The notes under the pieces are model-generated. The model saw only the letters and a program-made list of their open reading frames with translations. It was not told the DNA's origin and searched no databases. The position numbers and the translations under genes were made by a program. Shown piece after piece: positions 8,432 to 20,200 of a stretch of DNA of 32,000 nucleotides. The DNA comes from Candidatus Pacearchaeota archaeon (GTDB lineage: Archaea; Nanobdellota; Nanobdellia; Pacearchaeales; UBA284), in contig CP061211.1 of assembly GCA_026016245.1 (NCBI GenBank), positions 600,001 to 632,000 on the forward strand. The letters are read 5' to 3'. Each line of letters opens with the position of its first letter. Position 1 is the first letter of the stretch.

Positions 8432-8590
8432 ATGAAGCAAGTCAAATGTATAAGTTGTGGAAAAGAGCTGAGTAAAGGAGGAGTTATTTTAAAATGTCCT
8501 TCCTGCGGCAAGAAAACTATTGTGAGATGTGATCATTGCCGTAAAGTAGGAGTTAAATATAAATGTGATTGTGGTTTTGAAGGTCCATAA
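8432..8590 (+). CDS. Small zinc-ribbon protein, 52 aa (MKQVKCISCGKELSKGGVILKCPSCGKKTIVRCDHCRKVGVKYKCDCGFEGP)
   Basis: ORF below the supplied track's length cutoff. It has four CxxC/CxC-type motifs and lies between aIF2-alpha and aEF1-beta. Confidence 0.88.
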   Translation: MKQVKCISCGKELSKGGVILKCPSCGKKTIVRCDHCRKVGVKYKCDCGFEGP

Positions 8591-8600
8591 AAAAAGAAAA

Positions 8601-8873
8601 ATGGCGATGGCTATCCTTAAACTTAAGATAATGCCTAAATCCCCTGATACAGATTTAGGGAAGATAAAAATAGAGATAGAAGAGAGAGCTAAGAGATTTG
8701 ATGCAAAAGTTCATTCTTCTGAGGAACAACCTATTGCTTTTGGCCTTAAGGCTTTGATAGTAACACTTGCATGGCCAGAAGAGAAAAGCACAGAGGGTGG
8801 GGTAGAAGAATTTTTACATATAGAAGAGATTAGCAGTATTGATGTTATTGATTATAGAAGGGCATTTGGTTAA
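8601..8873 (+). CDS. ef1b: Elongation factor 1-beta (aEF1B)
   Basis: MAMAILKLKIMPKSPDTDLGKIKIEIEE...IAFGLKALIVTLAWPEE...EEISSIDVIDYRRAFG. The start is more likely 8601 than the track's 8565. Confidence 0.92.
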   Translation: MAMAILKLKIMPKSPDTDLGKIKIEIEERAKRFDAKVHSSEEQPIAFGLKALIVTLAWPEEKSTEGGVEEFLHIEEISSIDVIDYRRAFG

Positions 8874-8885
8874 GATTAATCAAAA

Positions 8886-9548
8886 ATGGATGAAAAAGAA
8901 ATAGAAAAATTAAGAAAAAAAATTTTAGAACAGGTAGAAAGGCTACCAGAAGAGCAAGCCTCCTCTTTGAGAGAACAGATTAAGAGCGCAAGTCCTCAAG
9001 AGCTGGAGAATTTTTTAAAACAACAAATGGTTCGAGGAGATGAGGGCGAGTGTTTTTTCTGCCAGCTTGTTTCTGGTAAAGTTGAAACAGTGAGGATATA
9101 TGAGGATGCTGATATTTTATGTATTCTAGATATCTATCCTGCAAATCCTGGACATATGATTGTTATACCAAAAAAACATTTTCAGTTTATGCATGAAATC
9201 CCTGATGCTCTTCTGAAAAAGATATTTATTTTTATTAAAACAATAGAGCCTATACTCCTTGATACTACTAAAGCACATGGTTTAAGCATTTATATTGCCC
9301 AAGGACAGGGAGCTGGTCAGAAAGTAAAACATTTTTCTGTAAATCTTATTCCTAGATTTGAAGGTGATAATATTAATTTTGAATGGCAAAGAAAAAAAGT
9401 TTCTAAAGATGAATTAGAAAAGCTTGGTAAAAAGATAAGGGAAAAAAGCGAGGGAATTGTAAGGGGGGAGCAGGAAAAAAAGGAGAAAGAAAAAGAATTG
9501 GAAGAGGCTGAAAAGATGATGAAGCATGTTAAGGAAAGAGTGCCTTAG
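8886..9548 (+). CDS. HIT-family nucleotide hydrolase/transferase with charged N- and C-terminal extensions
   Basis: CFFCQLVSGK...YEDADILCILDIYPANPGHMIVIPKKH...HGLSIYIAQGQGAGQKVKHFSVNLIPR. The HxHxH region appears substituted (V-K-H-F-S-V-N). Confidence 0.85.
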   Translation: MDEKEIEKLRKKILEQVERLPEEQASSLREQIKSASPQELENFLKQQMVRGDEGECFFCQLVSGKVETVRIYEDADILCILDIYPANPGHMIVIPKKHFQFMHEIPDALLKKIFIFIKTIEPILLDTTKAHGLSIYIAQGQGAGQKVKHFSVNLIPRFEGDNINFEWQRKKVSKDELEKLGKKIREKSEGIVRGEQEKKEKEKELEEAEKMMKHVKERVP

Positions 9549-10438
9549 ATTCCAAACAAGTAATGTATTATTATAAATAATAAATCACCCACAAACAGGC
9601 TGCATATTAAAGCTATGAGGAAGACTGGTACAAAAGGCAGGCCGTATTTGATTGTAATTTTCTTTTTTGATTTTCTAAGCAGCTGAATGTCTTTCTTACT
9701 TAAACCATGAATGCTTGGCTTGATCATTTTATTCTTTATTTTTACAGATTCAATTATCCAGTCTCCTTCACTGAGCTTGCTTGCTGGAACTTTTCTGATC
9801 ATTGCTGAATTTTCTGCAGCTTTGATGAAAGAGTAAAGTAAGGGCAGGATTAAGAATACTATAAATGGAATGAAAAACCAGCTTTTATCAAATAAACTTA
9901 ATGTTAAGGCGATGGCAGCTATAAGCCAGGAGATAGTTCTGAAAAATCTTATTCTTTTGAATGTTTTTTGGAATTCCATGCCAAATGTTTTATTTCTAAT
10001 TGCTGAGAAGATACTGAAGAAAAGTCCATAAATAGAACCTATGAAAAATATGTTAATTAGGAAAATGAGAAGAAAAGGCTCATTGAATGATCCTAGTGAA
10101 TAAACCTGAAAATGTGATGCAAAAATTGGTTGTGTTGCAAAAACCACAGAAAGGGCCATCAAAAGTTTGGCATCCCCTCCCCCAAATATTCTAGTATAAT
10201 AGAAGAGATGCGCTAAAAGGTAAAAGATTGCAAATGCAGCTAGGGCATACCAAAAATATGGGGCTTGTTTTTCCATAATTGCTGCAAGGGCCCTTACTGC
10301 AAATGCTATAAAAATTAAACTAAAACTTAGCCAGTTTGGCACCTCCCTCTTTCTTAAATCAGTTACAGAGGCTGTGATTAGCCATAAAAAGGCGATAGAT
10401 ACTAACAAAATATCAGAAATGAAAATTATATCTGCCAT
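9545..10438 (-). CDS. Prepilin/preflagellin peptidase (A24 family)
   Basis: 297 aa multi-pass membrane protein with TDLRKREVPNWLSFSLI and GGGDAKLLMAL (two-Asp aspartic protease motifs). Confidence 0.87.
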   Translation of the reverse strand: MADIIFISDILLVSIAFLWLITASVTDLRKREVPNWLSFSLIFIAFAVRALAAIMEKQAPYFWYALAAFAIFYLLAHLFYYTRIFGGGDAKLLMALSVVFATQPIFASHFQVYSLGSFNEPFLLIFLINIFFIGSIYGLFFSIFSAIRNKTFGMEFQKTFKRIRFFRTISWLIAAIALTLSLFDKSWFFIPFIVFLILPLLYSFIKAAENSAMIRKVPASKLSEGDWIIESVKIKNKMIKPSIHGLSKKDIQLLRKSKKKITIKYGLPFVPVFLIALICSLFVGDLLFIIIHYLFGI

Positions 10439-10649
10439 CTTTTTCCTTGTTTTTAATCTTTCTTTCTTTTTTTCAGTGTTCTTAGTGGTCCACCTTTCTT
10501 ATAGACTCTATATCTTCTTTTCTTTTTTAAATGTTTTTTGCTTTTTCTTTGTTCAGGAACTGCGTATTGCATTGTAAGGGAAAGGTTTTAAAATTTAAAA
10601 ATTTTAGTATTTTTATCATAAAGAGGAAAAGAGAGGATAATGGTATAAT

Positions 10650-11984
10650 ATGGTGATTTGGGTTTTCATTATTGCTGGAGCCATACTTGGCGCAATACTT
10701 TTAGGTGCTGGCAAGCCAGGGGGAAGAGTTTCTTACACTATGGGTGATATATTTAATGCTAGTATTGGTGCTGCTATTCCTGGTTTAATAATAGGGGGTG
10801 TTATTGGAGTTTTGCTTAGCCTTTTTGCTATCTATGACCTTGGTTTTAGTGGCTTGCTTGCCACTTTAATTCTAGGTGTTGTTGGCGCTTTTGGTCTTGG
10901 CTTGCTTTTTTTTGTTTTCACTGCTGTTGTCAAGGGTCTTTCTAATTTAATTGGTGAGAGAGGTGCGAGAATTATTACTGGGCTTCTTGCAGGGGCTGTG
11001 ATCGGTGCTATATTTGGTTTATTCTTTTCACCGCTTGGAGTTACTATAATGCCTGAGTATTTGAAATTTGCAGATCCTTTGAAAGAGACTGTTGTTGATG
11101 GCTTGGAAGAGCTTGCGAAGTTTAGGCACTGTCTTTATGCTGATCCAAGATGCCCTTTCTTTGTTTCCTGGGAAGATCCAAATGTGCAATCAATTGTTGA
11201 GGAATTTAATGTGAAAGTGGATTTCTCTGAAAGAAGAATCCTTCCAGATAATACTATAAATCTTCTTGTATCATTATCTGTTCGAAATCCTGAGTTTGCA
11301 GAGCTTCATATTAAGCCCAAATGTTTTTTCAAAAAAGACAAAGAAAGAGAGCTTATTGTTGAGAGAATGGGGAGTTATGCTTTTGGCGATGAATTTGTTT
11401 TTGGGACCACATCACCTGGGCAAGAACTGCATACAACTTTTAGATGCATAGGAGAGATTCCAGAAGCTGCTGATAAAAATATCTATAGTGAGTATGTTGT
11501 TGTGGAATTAGAAAGGCCTGTGGGTGTAAAAACAATCTGGCCAGTGTGGATAGGAGAACAGCCAAGAATGGGAATTGTCAGGAGTGAGATGAAATTCAAT
11601 GCTCCTTATATTGTTGCTCTTGGAAGCAATAATGACATGCCTTTTGAAGAAGGCAAGGAATATGATTTTCAGCTGACAATTAAAAGAAAAGAAAAAGGAG
11701 CTAAGCTGAAAGAAATAGAAACAATAAACGTGAAATTCCCTGAGGATGTCTTGGCAAGCTGTGATAATTTTGAAGGAATAGATCATGAATTTGAGTTAAG
11801 CGATTATGATTATGATTCTTTAAAAAATATTGCACAGTATGAAAAAGAGTACGATAAATTTATATTCCCTTGTGGACTTTATGTTGTGAGTGCTCCAAAA
11901 GAGGCTGTGATGGCGCCTTTTGAGCTCGAAGCTTATTACAGAGTTTATTCAGATTATTCAATTAGGATAATCAAATCACCTTAA
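10650..11984 (+). CDS. Membrane-anchored exported protein of unknown function
   Basis: 444 aa: four hydrophobic Gly-rich segments, then a ~300-aa soluble C-terminal domain. Confidence 0.8.
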   Translation: MVIWVFIIAGAILGAILLGAGKPGGRVSYTMGDIFNASIGAAIPGLIIGGVIGVLLSLFAIYDLGFSGLLATLILGVVGAFGLGLLFFVFTAVVKGLSNLIGERGARIITGLLAGAVIGAIFGLFFSPLGVTIMPEYLKFADPLKETVVDGLEELAKFRHCLYADPRCPFFVSWEDPNVQSIVEEFNVKVDFSERRILPDNTINLLVSLSVRNPEFAELHIKPKCFFKKDKERELIVERMGSYAFGDEFVFGTTSPGQELHTTFRCIGEIPEAADKNIYSEYVVVELERPVGVKTIWPVWIGEQPRMGIVRSEMKFNAPYIVALGSNNDMPFEEGKEYDFQLTIKRKEKGAKLKEIETINVKFPEDVLASCDNFEGIDHEFELSDYDYDSLKNIAQYEKEYDKFIFPCGLYVVSAPKEAVMAPFELEAYYRVYSDYSIRIIKSP

Positions 11985-11990
11985 AATAAA

Positions 11991-12923
11991 ATGAAAAAGA
12001 GGAAAACTATAGTTGAGATTATTTGTATTATCTTAATATTATTGTTGGTTTTTTTTCTTGTTTCTGGTCAGGAAGGTTGTCAATTGCCAGGACAAGGGCC
12101 CAAGGCAGAAAAAACTGGAATTGATTACCAGCTTATTAGCGGGATTGATTATTTAAGTGCTGGGAAATTGTTAGAACAAGGAGAGAGTTTCTATGTTGGC
12201 ATTAAAATAGAAAATTATGATGAAACACCAAGGACAGGACAGATATGTATTAGGGATAATATAGCTGACACTTTTGGGGGCATTTCTAGCGAAGGGTTTG
12301 GTGAATGTAAGTTTTTCAGTATTCGTGCTGCTGATGTCATCAAAAAAGAAGTCTCAACTATCTGGGGCAAGCAGATTAAGGAGGAAGTAACCCCTGGAGC
12401 AACAGAAATTTATTTTCCTGAAGCAGCAGAATATAGCTATTATAGCCTGCCTTCTTTAGTAAAACCATATTCTGGATTGCTTTTTGTTTCTTTACAATAC
12501 AGGGAGACAACACAAGCAACAGGAACAGTTACAGTTCCTGGTCCTGAACAGCCAGCCTTAAGTCAAGAACCAGCACCTATAGCAATCTCTGTGGTCAAGT
12601 CTATACATAAAAGACAGGATGGCTATAAAGTTGATTTTGAGATCTTACTGAAAAAACAGCAGAAAGCAAAAATTTTCTCCCATGATTTTATCCAGGAGAA
12701 TGTAACTTACTTTAGAGCTGAAATGGTTCCACAAACTTTGGCTTGCACAGTTTCAGGACAGCCTATTACAGGATTAGTTGAGTTTGAAAACGAAAGGCTT
12801 ATAAAATGTTCAAGTCTTATTTATACAACAACCCAACAAAGTTATCCTCTTGTGATAACTCTTGATTATGGGGTTGCTCTAGAAAAGAGTTATCCTTTTG
12901 GTATTGAAACAGAAGGTGAATAA
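11991..12923 (+). CDS. Exported protein of unknown function (signal/anchor, then SGQEGCQ)
   Basis: 310 aa: N-terminal hydrophobic segment VEIICIILILLLVFFLVSG, then an extracellular-type domain. Confidence 0.8.
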   Translation: MKKRKTIVEIICIILILLLVFFLVSGQEGCQLPGQGPKAEKTGIDYQLISGIDYLSAGKLLEQGESFYVGIKIENYDETPRTGQICIRDNIADTFGGISSEGFGECKFFSIRAADVIKKEVSTIWGKQIKEEVTPGATEIYFPEAAEYSYYSLPSLVKPYSGLLFVSLQYRETTQATGTVTVPGPEQPALSQEPAPIAISVVKSIHKRQDGYKVDFEILLKKQQKAKIFSHDFIQENVTYFRAEMVPQTLACTVSGQPITGLVEFENERLIKCSSLIYTTTQQSYPLVITLDYGVALEKSYPFGIETEGE

Positions 12924-12976
12924 AAAAGAAAAAGAAAGATTGTGAAAAAAAGAAAAAAAGAGGAAAAAAAGGAAAG

Positions 12977-13885
12977 ATGAAATTTGATATTAATTTTTTT
13001 CTAGTTTTTTTACTTTTAGCTGTCTTAGTTTTAGCCAGTGGTCAGATGGGTTGTCCTCAGGAAGAGGAAGTAGAGTTTAATACAACTGCCCTTATCATGA
13101 ATTTTGTTGAAAATGCCCCTCCAAATGAACTTGTCACTGGATTGAAATATCCCATTTATGTTGATATAAAGAATCTTGGAGGATATGATGTTCCTAAGGG
13201 AGCAGCACATTTTTATCTAAGTGGAATCGGGGATAATTTAGAGAATGTGCAGACTCATGTCCAGAATGTTAATTTTTTGAATAAGAGAACTGGAACACAG
13301 GAAGGCGGTCAGGAAAGAATCAGCTTTGCTACAGAGGCAGAGCCTTGGAAAACCCTACCAGCCCCTTTTAATTTAAACATTCAGATAGATTCTTGTTACA
13401 GTTATGCTACAATAACCCAAACAAGTATCTGTGTTGGAAAGGGAAATACTATCTGTAGTATAAGTGGAGAAAAAATTGAAACAGGAAGCAATTCTGCTGC
13501 TCCGATACAAATCTCTAGCTTGACAGAGAGCATGACAGGGAATAAACTGTTTGTCACATTTAGAATAGAGAATAAAGGCTTAGGAGAGGTTTATCTGCCT
13601 AATACTGATTGTGATAAGTTACAAGCACAAGATATAAATGAAAAATTAAAACAGAATCAGGTTGAGATATCAATAAGGGTAGAGGAAGGAGTTACTTGCA
13701 GGCTTCAACAATCAACAGAACCTTATGGAACTATAGATGCTCTTGACGGCATTACTTCTATCGGGCAGGTAACATGTCAGAAAGTTATAGAGGGCGCTGA
13801 ATCACACTTGTCTCCTTTTGAAATAGTTCTTTCATACAAATACAGAGAAAAAATATCAAAGAGCATAACAATATTGCCAGAGTGA
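12977..13885 (+). CDS. Exported protein of unknown function, likely paralog of the preceding ORF (SGQMGC)
   Basis: 302 aa with the same layout: hydrophobic N-terminus, SGQMGCPQEE, two beta-rich domains, Cys-containing C-terminal half. Confidence 0.8.
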   Translation: MKFDINFFLVFLLLAVLVLASGQMGCPQEEEVEFNTTALIMNFVENAPPNELVTGLKYPIYVDIKNLGGYDVPKGAAHFYLSGIGDNLENVQTHVQNVNFLNKRTGTQEGGQERISFATEAEPWKTLPAPFNLNIQIDSCYSYATITQTSICVGKGNTICSISGEKIETGSNSAAPIQISSLTESMTGNKLFVTFRIENKGLGEVYLPNTDCDKLQAQDINEKLKQNQVEISIRVEEGVTCRLQQSTEPYGTIDALDGITSIGQVTCQKVIEGAESHLSPFEIVLSYKYREKISKSITILPE

Positions 13886-14194
13886 TCATTCAATCATTTC
13901 TATTTCTACATTAACATCTTTAGGGATAGGCATTCTCATTATGCTATGAAGAACACGTTCATCAGCAGGCATGTCAATCAGCCTTTTATGAATTCTCATT
14001 TCATATTTATCAAAAGTAGCTTTACCATCGCCGCAAGGGCTTTTTCTCGTAGTAATCTTTAATTTTTTAGTTGGCAAAGGCACAGGACCTCTAATTATAA
14101 TACCAGCCTTAGAACTAATCTCTTTAATATTATTTATTAATTCATTCAACTTATTTATATCTATACTTGCTAGCTTAATCCTTGTTCGTGCCAT
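13886..14194 (-). CDS. rps10: 30S ribosomal protein S10
   Basis: 102 aa: ARTRIKLASIDINKLNELINNIKEISSKAGIIIRGPVPLPTKKLKITTRKSPCGDGKATFDKYEMRIHKRLIDM. Confidence 0.95.
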   Translation of the reverse strand: MARTRIKLASIDINKLNELINNIKEISSKAGIIIRGPVPLPTKKLKITTRKSPCGDGKATFDKYEMRIHKRLIDMPADERVLHSIMRMPIPKDVNVEIEMIE

Positions 14195-14277
14195 AAAAGA
14201 CCTTGAGTGTGGATAATATAAAAATCTTGCGTTCCATGATTTTAGAAAAACTTTAAAAAAACCAAATCCTTCTAAAA

Positions 14278-17200
14278 TTGATGTTAAAAGAGGATAATAG
14301 TAAAATCAACAAAGTAACTGCAATAATTTTTTTTATTGTGTTAATTGGACTAGTCTTTTTTATGTTCTTCATAAAACCTGTAATCACTGCAAAAGCCATA
14401 GCTTTAGAAAAAGAATTTTTTATGCCAAATGAAAAAATCAAAGGGAATTTTACTCTGATTTTAAAAGAGGGCGAACTTATCCCTTCAAATACAAAAATTC
14501 TTATAGAATTGGATGGACAGCAACAAAGAGAGCTCACTATCAAGGAATTTATTGAACTTAGTAATCTTGATATAGAAGAAGAGCAGGGAGGTTTTTTTAT
14601 ACCTAAGACTAGAATTTCTGGGGCTGGCTTTGGATATGGAAAAGCAGGGCATTATGTAGTTTATCCAGATGTTGATTTTCAATTAAAAATTATCTCTCCA
14701 ACAGAAGAAGAAGTAACAGAGATAGAAGAGCCAACAGAAGAAAGTACTGAAGAAAATATTACAGAACAAAACATAACTGAACAAAACATAACAGAAGAAA
14801 ATAAGACAGAAGTTCCAGAAGAAAACATCACTGAAATTAAAGAAGAACCTACAGAAGAAGCAACAGAAGCAGAAGAAGAGCCAGCAGAAGAAGAGAATTC
14901 AGGAGAAAATGAAAATCTAGAAGAAGATGTTATAAACTCATTGTCTATTTTTGCTATCTTAAATAAATTTTTCAGTTTTTGGGGGGCATTTACAATAGTT
15001 GAAGAAAGTGGCAATGTAAAAATTATAGAAGCATCTTGTTCTTTGGATGAGCCATTTTATTATGAGTTAGGAGAGGGGGAGCAAGCAGAACTTATGGAAG
15101 GAAGTGTAAGAATAGATGGAGAAATTGTTAGAGATAATAAGGTTGATATTGATATTAAGGACGATGTTTTAACTGTTTCAACAGATTATTTTGAAAGCTA
15201 TGAAGGTTTTGGTGAGGCTTATCTTGGTGATGATTATGAAATCACCCTTAATTTAAATGTTCTTGATTTAAATATTGAAAAAGAAGGAACCCATACCTTA
15301 ACTATAACTTTGGTTTATGAAGATGAAGAGTTAATGAATGCTAGTGAAGAAATTGAAGTGAAGCCAGAGAGTATAACAATTAAGATTATTGATAAAGATG
15401 GAAATATTGAAGATGAAATTTTGGCTAGTTCTACAAAAATAAAAATAAAGATTAGGAAGATTGTTGTGGGGGGAGAGGAAGAGCATGAAATTGAAATTGA
15501 AGATAATGTGATAAGTATAACTGGTGCAGCGATAATAGAAACTAAACAAGCACTGCCAGAATCTGAAATTATTTTTATTGATTTTCCAGACAACACAATT
15601 ATCCAAATAGATGAACCAACAATCGAGCAAAAAGCTAAGGGTTTTGCAACAGAGGTTTTTGCTATAGAACCAGGCTCTGAGATTGAGATTGAAACTGCAA
15701 CAATAACTCTTGAAAAATTTACAAGTGATACCATAGCTTCAATTTTATATTGTGAAGATTGGAATATTAATAATTTTAATTGTGATGGCAACTGGATGAA
15801 TTCTGGTTTAGAATTTTTAGATAATGGTACACATATAAGTTTTGAGACAGATCATTTTACTGCTTACATTGGAGCTGGAAATATGACTTGCCCTTATTTT
15901 GCAAATGACAGTGTTATTTTAGTTGAAAGTGTTGCTTGCAATGGAACAGCTTTTATTATAAACAGCAGTAATGTTGAGATAGATTGCCAAGGCCATACAA
16001 TTAATTATTCTGCCACAACCTTAGGATATGGTATTAATAATACAGCTGGTTTTGACAATGTTACAATAAAAAATTGCATAATCAAACAAACTAATTTTAG
16101 TATAGCTTATGCTTATGGAATTTATTTAAAAAATGGAATTGTAAATATTACCATACATAATAATACCATTTTAACTTATGCTTATGCAAGTTATGCTATA
16201 TATCAAACACTTCCTTACACTGGCTCAGACAATATAACTGTTACTGACAATATTGTAAATGGGGGAATAAATCTGGGATATGTACCAAATTGTACAGTTA
16301 CTGGAAATAATGTAACTAATAGTTCATTTGTGGTGGGTGGTTCAGGGGACAGCCCTTATTGCCAAATTACAGACAATAATGTTAGTGGGGGAGATGCTTA
16401 TTTTTCTGGGCCCTATCATAATATAGAAGATAATAATTTTTATGACATAGGATCTGTTATGATAGATGGGAGCCATATTTATTTTTCAGACAATTATATT
16501 TCTAGTAGTACAGATTCAGGAGATGGTACTTTAATTTTAGACTCATCAAGCATTACGAATAATACAGTATATAGCAATATAATCGTGACTTCAGGTGATG
16601 ATGATAATGATGCTGTTTATCTTGATGGTGCTAATGACACAAACTTCAGTTATAATAATATAACCACTGATTGTGTTGATTGTGATGGGATTGTGTGGGA
16701 ATATCCTAAGGTCTTCAATTTGGCTTATAATAATATAACCACTAATGGAAATAACAGTTTTGGCTTAATGCTTTCATATGCTTATAGTGATGTTAAAAAT
16801 ATAACTAATAATACAATAAAGACTTATGGGGCTAGTTCTGGGGGGATCTATTTGGAGACCACTTTAAATTATGATGGCCCTAGCAAGAATGTTTTTAGAA
16901 ATAATATAATAGAGACTGCAAAAGGAATTGCATTTAATTTTTCAGAAGATTGTAATGATCCTTATGATGGTCATCCAAGTGATATTGATACAAGCAATAC
17001 AGCTGAAGGAAAGCCAATTTATTATTATTGCAATACAACAAGCACTTTAATACAAGACCTAGATGCTGGGCAGATTCTTTTTGGTCCTGTTGCAAATGAT
17101 CCAAATATTGTTTTAGAGAATGTTTCAGCAGAAGATGGTATTTTTGTTTCTGATGGTGTCAGTAATTTGATAATAAGAGATTCTACAATAGACACATCAA

Positions 17201-20200
17201 ATCAAGAAAAAGTTGCTGGGATATATATATATTGGGGAGATAATATTAATATTTCTAATAATAATTTGATAAATAATTATTATGGTGTTTTTCTATCTGG
17301 CAGTTCTAATAATATAACCTCAAATAATATATCTAATAATGAATATGGTATTTTATTGAAGGGGAGTTCATATAGTTATATTTTATCTAATATAATGGAT
17401 TCAAATACAATCCATATTTTATTAAATTCAACTTTAGGAGGTCATATTGAGAGTTCTAACACAGTCTCCTTAAACAATCTTTCTGGAGGAGATTATGGGA
17501 TTTATTTAAGTGATGAAGAAAATAATGATTTTGAAAACAATAAGATAGAAAATACTGATTATGGAATTTATATTTATGGAACTGTTTCAGAGCAAATAGG
17601 AGCCAATGCTTTTACAAACAATAATGTAAGTAATAGTTCTGTTTATGATTTTTATTTATATTATGTAAATACTCCTGGTTTTGGAAATGATCCTGTAATT
17701 AATTTAACAACAGGAAATGTGATGTCAAGTTTTGAGGCTTGGAATATTGCCTTAAAAAATACGACAAGCCCTGCTGCTGATCCTAGTGGATATGATAATA
17801 TAAGTAAATATTTGAATATAACAAACAATTCAGCTGATTCTTGGGTATTTTTGAATATAAGTTATAATGAATCTGCTTTAGGAGATATAAATGAATCAAG
17901 TTTGGAAATATGGAAGCATAATGGCTCATGGCATAATACTACTTTTTATACAACAAGCGGGGTAAATGAAGCTAGTGATTATGTTTTTGCTAACATTACC
18001 TCTTTCAGTATTTTTGCTCCTTTTGTAAAAAGCACAGGAGGTGATATAGATTCTTGCCAAATTCTTAATGAATCAGGAACTTATACACTTAATCAATCTG
18101 TTTCATCAAGCGGAACTTGTTTCACGATAGAAAATAATAGCATAACTCTTGATTGTGATGGATATACAATAAATTATTCAGCAACAGAAAAAGGTTATGC
18201 AATAAACAACACTAATGGATTTGATAACGTGACAATAAAGAATTGTAATATAAAACAAACTTCAAGTTCTTATACACATGCTTATGCGATATACTATAAT
18301 AATAGTGTTAATAGCACAATATATAATAACATAATAACGACTTCAGGAACCTTTGGTTGGGTAATTTATCTTACTACAACCTCAAGCTTTAATATAACTA
18401 ATAATAATATAACAACTTTAGGAGGAGATGGTGATGCAGTTTATCTTTTTTCGAGCTCAAATAATAACTTAACTAATAATAATATAACAACTTTTGGGAG
18501 TGGTGGTTATGCACTTATTCTTTCCACAAACTCGAGTTTTAACAATCTAAATAATAATACAATTACAACTAATGGACCCGAGAGTTGGGGAATTCATCTT
18601 GCTTCAAACTCAAGCTTTAACACATTAATCAACAATACAATAAATGTAACGACAAACCCAGATGACAAAATAGCACTATATATTGATGGAAGCCATCATA
18701 ATGTTATAGATGGTGGTTCAATCAGTGTAACATCATCCAATAATCAATATGCTTCTGTTTTAATTACTAGAAGTGATAACAATATTATAAAGAACTCCTA
18801 TATCTTCAGCGATTCAACTTATGGTCTTAGAGTTTATTGGACCGGAACAGGTAATACAACAATATACAATACAATAATCAATTCAACATGGGGCCCTGAC
18901 ATTATATACGACAACGATGTTGGTGGCTGGACAAATCTGACTAATTGTTCTTTTAATAAAAGTGATGTTTCATTTGGCTCAGGCTCAACTGGCTTAATAA
19001 ATGTGAAATGGTATGTAGATGTCTATGTTAACAACACTTTTGGATATCCTATTTACTTAGCTCAAGTAGATTTAGTAGATACAAACGGTAATACAGAAAC
19101 AGCTATGACAAACACTTCAGGCTATACAGAAAGAGCAAATGTTACAGAATATTATCAAAATGCTACTGGAAGCTATACTTATAATAACTATACTGCAAAA
19201 GCTTCTAAGACAGGATATTATGATTCAAGCAAACAAGTTAATTTAACAACAAATGCAATCAGGGATGATAATACGCAAGTTGTTTTAACTTTAACAAAAC
19301 ACTCTGGCGGCGGAGGCGGCGGAGGAACAGGTTATTGTGGTGATAATGCTTGTGATCCAGATGAAAATTGTTATAATTGTCCTGAAGATTGTGGAGAATG
19401 TTGTGGGAATAATATATGTGAGCCATTATATGGAGAAGATTATACAAACTGCTGGAAAGACTGCTGTTATCCAGAAGGAATAGAGATGCCTGTCCTGCCA
19501 AACAGAACTTGCTGTGCAAATTTAAATCGAGGAATAATTTATGATATGGGTTGTGTTGCTAATCAGAATGACCAGTGTGAAGGATGTGAGCTTATCGGAA
19601 GTGTTGTTTGTGTAAATTGTGGTAATAATATCTGTGGTTTAGGTGAGAATTATTGTAATTGTCCTGAAGATTGTGTTGAAGCAATATTAGATTGTTCACA
19701 ACTACCTCCTTTGTTTGTAAATATTGAATGGGATTGGTGGCCAATAACTCCTCAAACAAAACTAAACTGGTATCAGATGCCCTCCCCAGATATAGAATTG
19801 TTAAGAACTGAAGTTTATAGTGCAGATAAATGTATAGGAAGTGAATGTAATTTTGTGTTAGAAGAAGTTGTTAATGCTCCGGCAAGTGAATGGTCAGCAC
19901 ATGTTTCTGAAAGACTTAAATTTTTCACAATTATAGGAAAAACAAAACTAGGCCAAGGAGAGTGTAAGCCTGAATATTATGAGCAGGGTGTTGGTAATAG
20001 CAATAAACCAGGATGGTATAATGCTTGTACTTTAGAGCTTTTAAAAGAAGAGACTTTAATGGTTGCAGAGCCAAGAGCTTATTGTTGTTATCCTGAAGCT
20101 GATAGTGAGGGTTGGTATAATGTTCAATGTGATCAGGTGAAGATACCAGAAAATTTAATAAGATATTCTGATTGTGAGGAAGGAGAGTATGCTTTATTAT

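Noticed and set aside
18240-18720. Possible CRISPR-like or tandem DNA repeat from recurring ATAATAATATAACA units
   Set aside because: These are degenerate codon-level repeats of the beta-helix (N-N-x-I-T) in a continuous ORF, with no fixed repeat/spacer periodicity.
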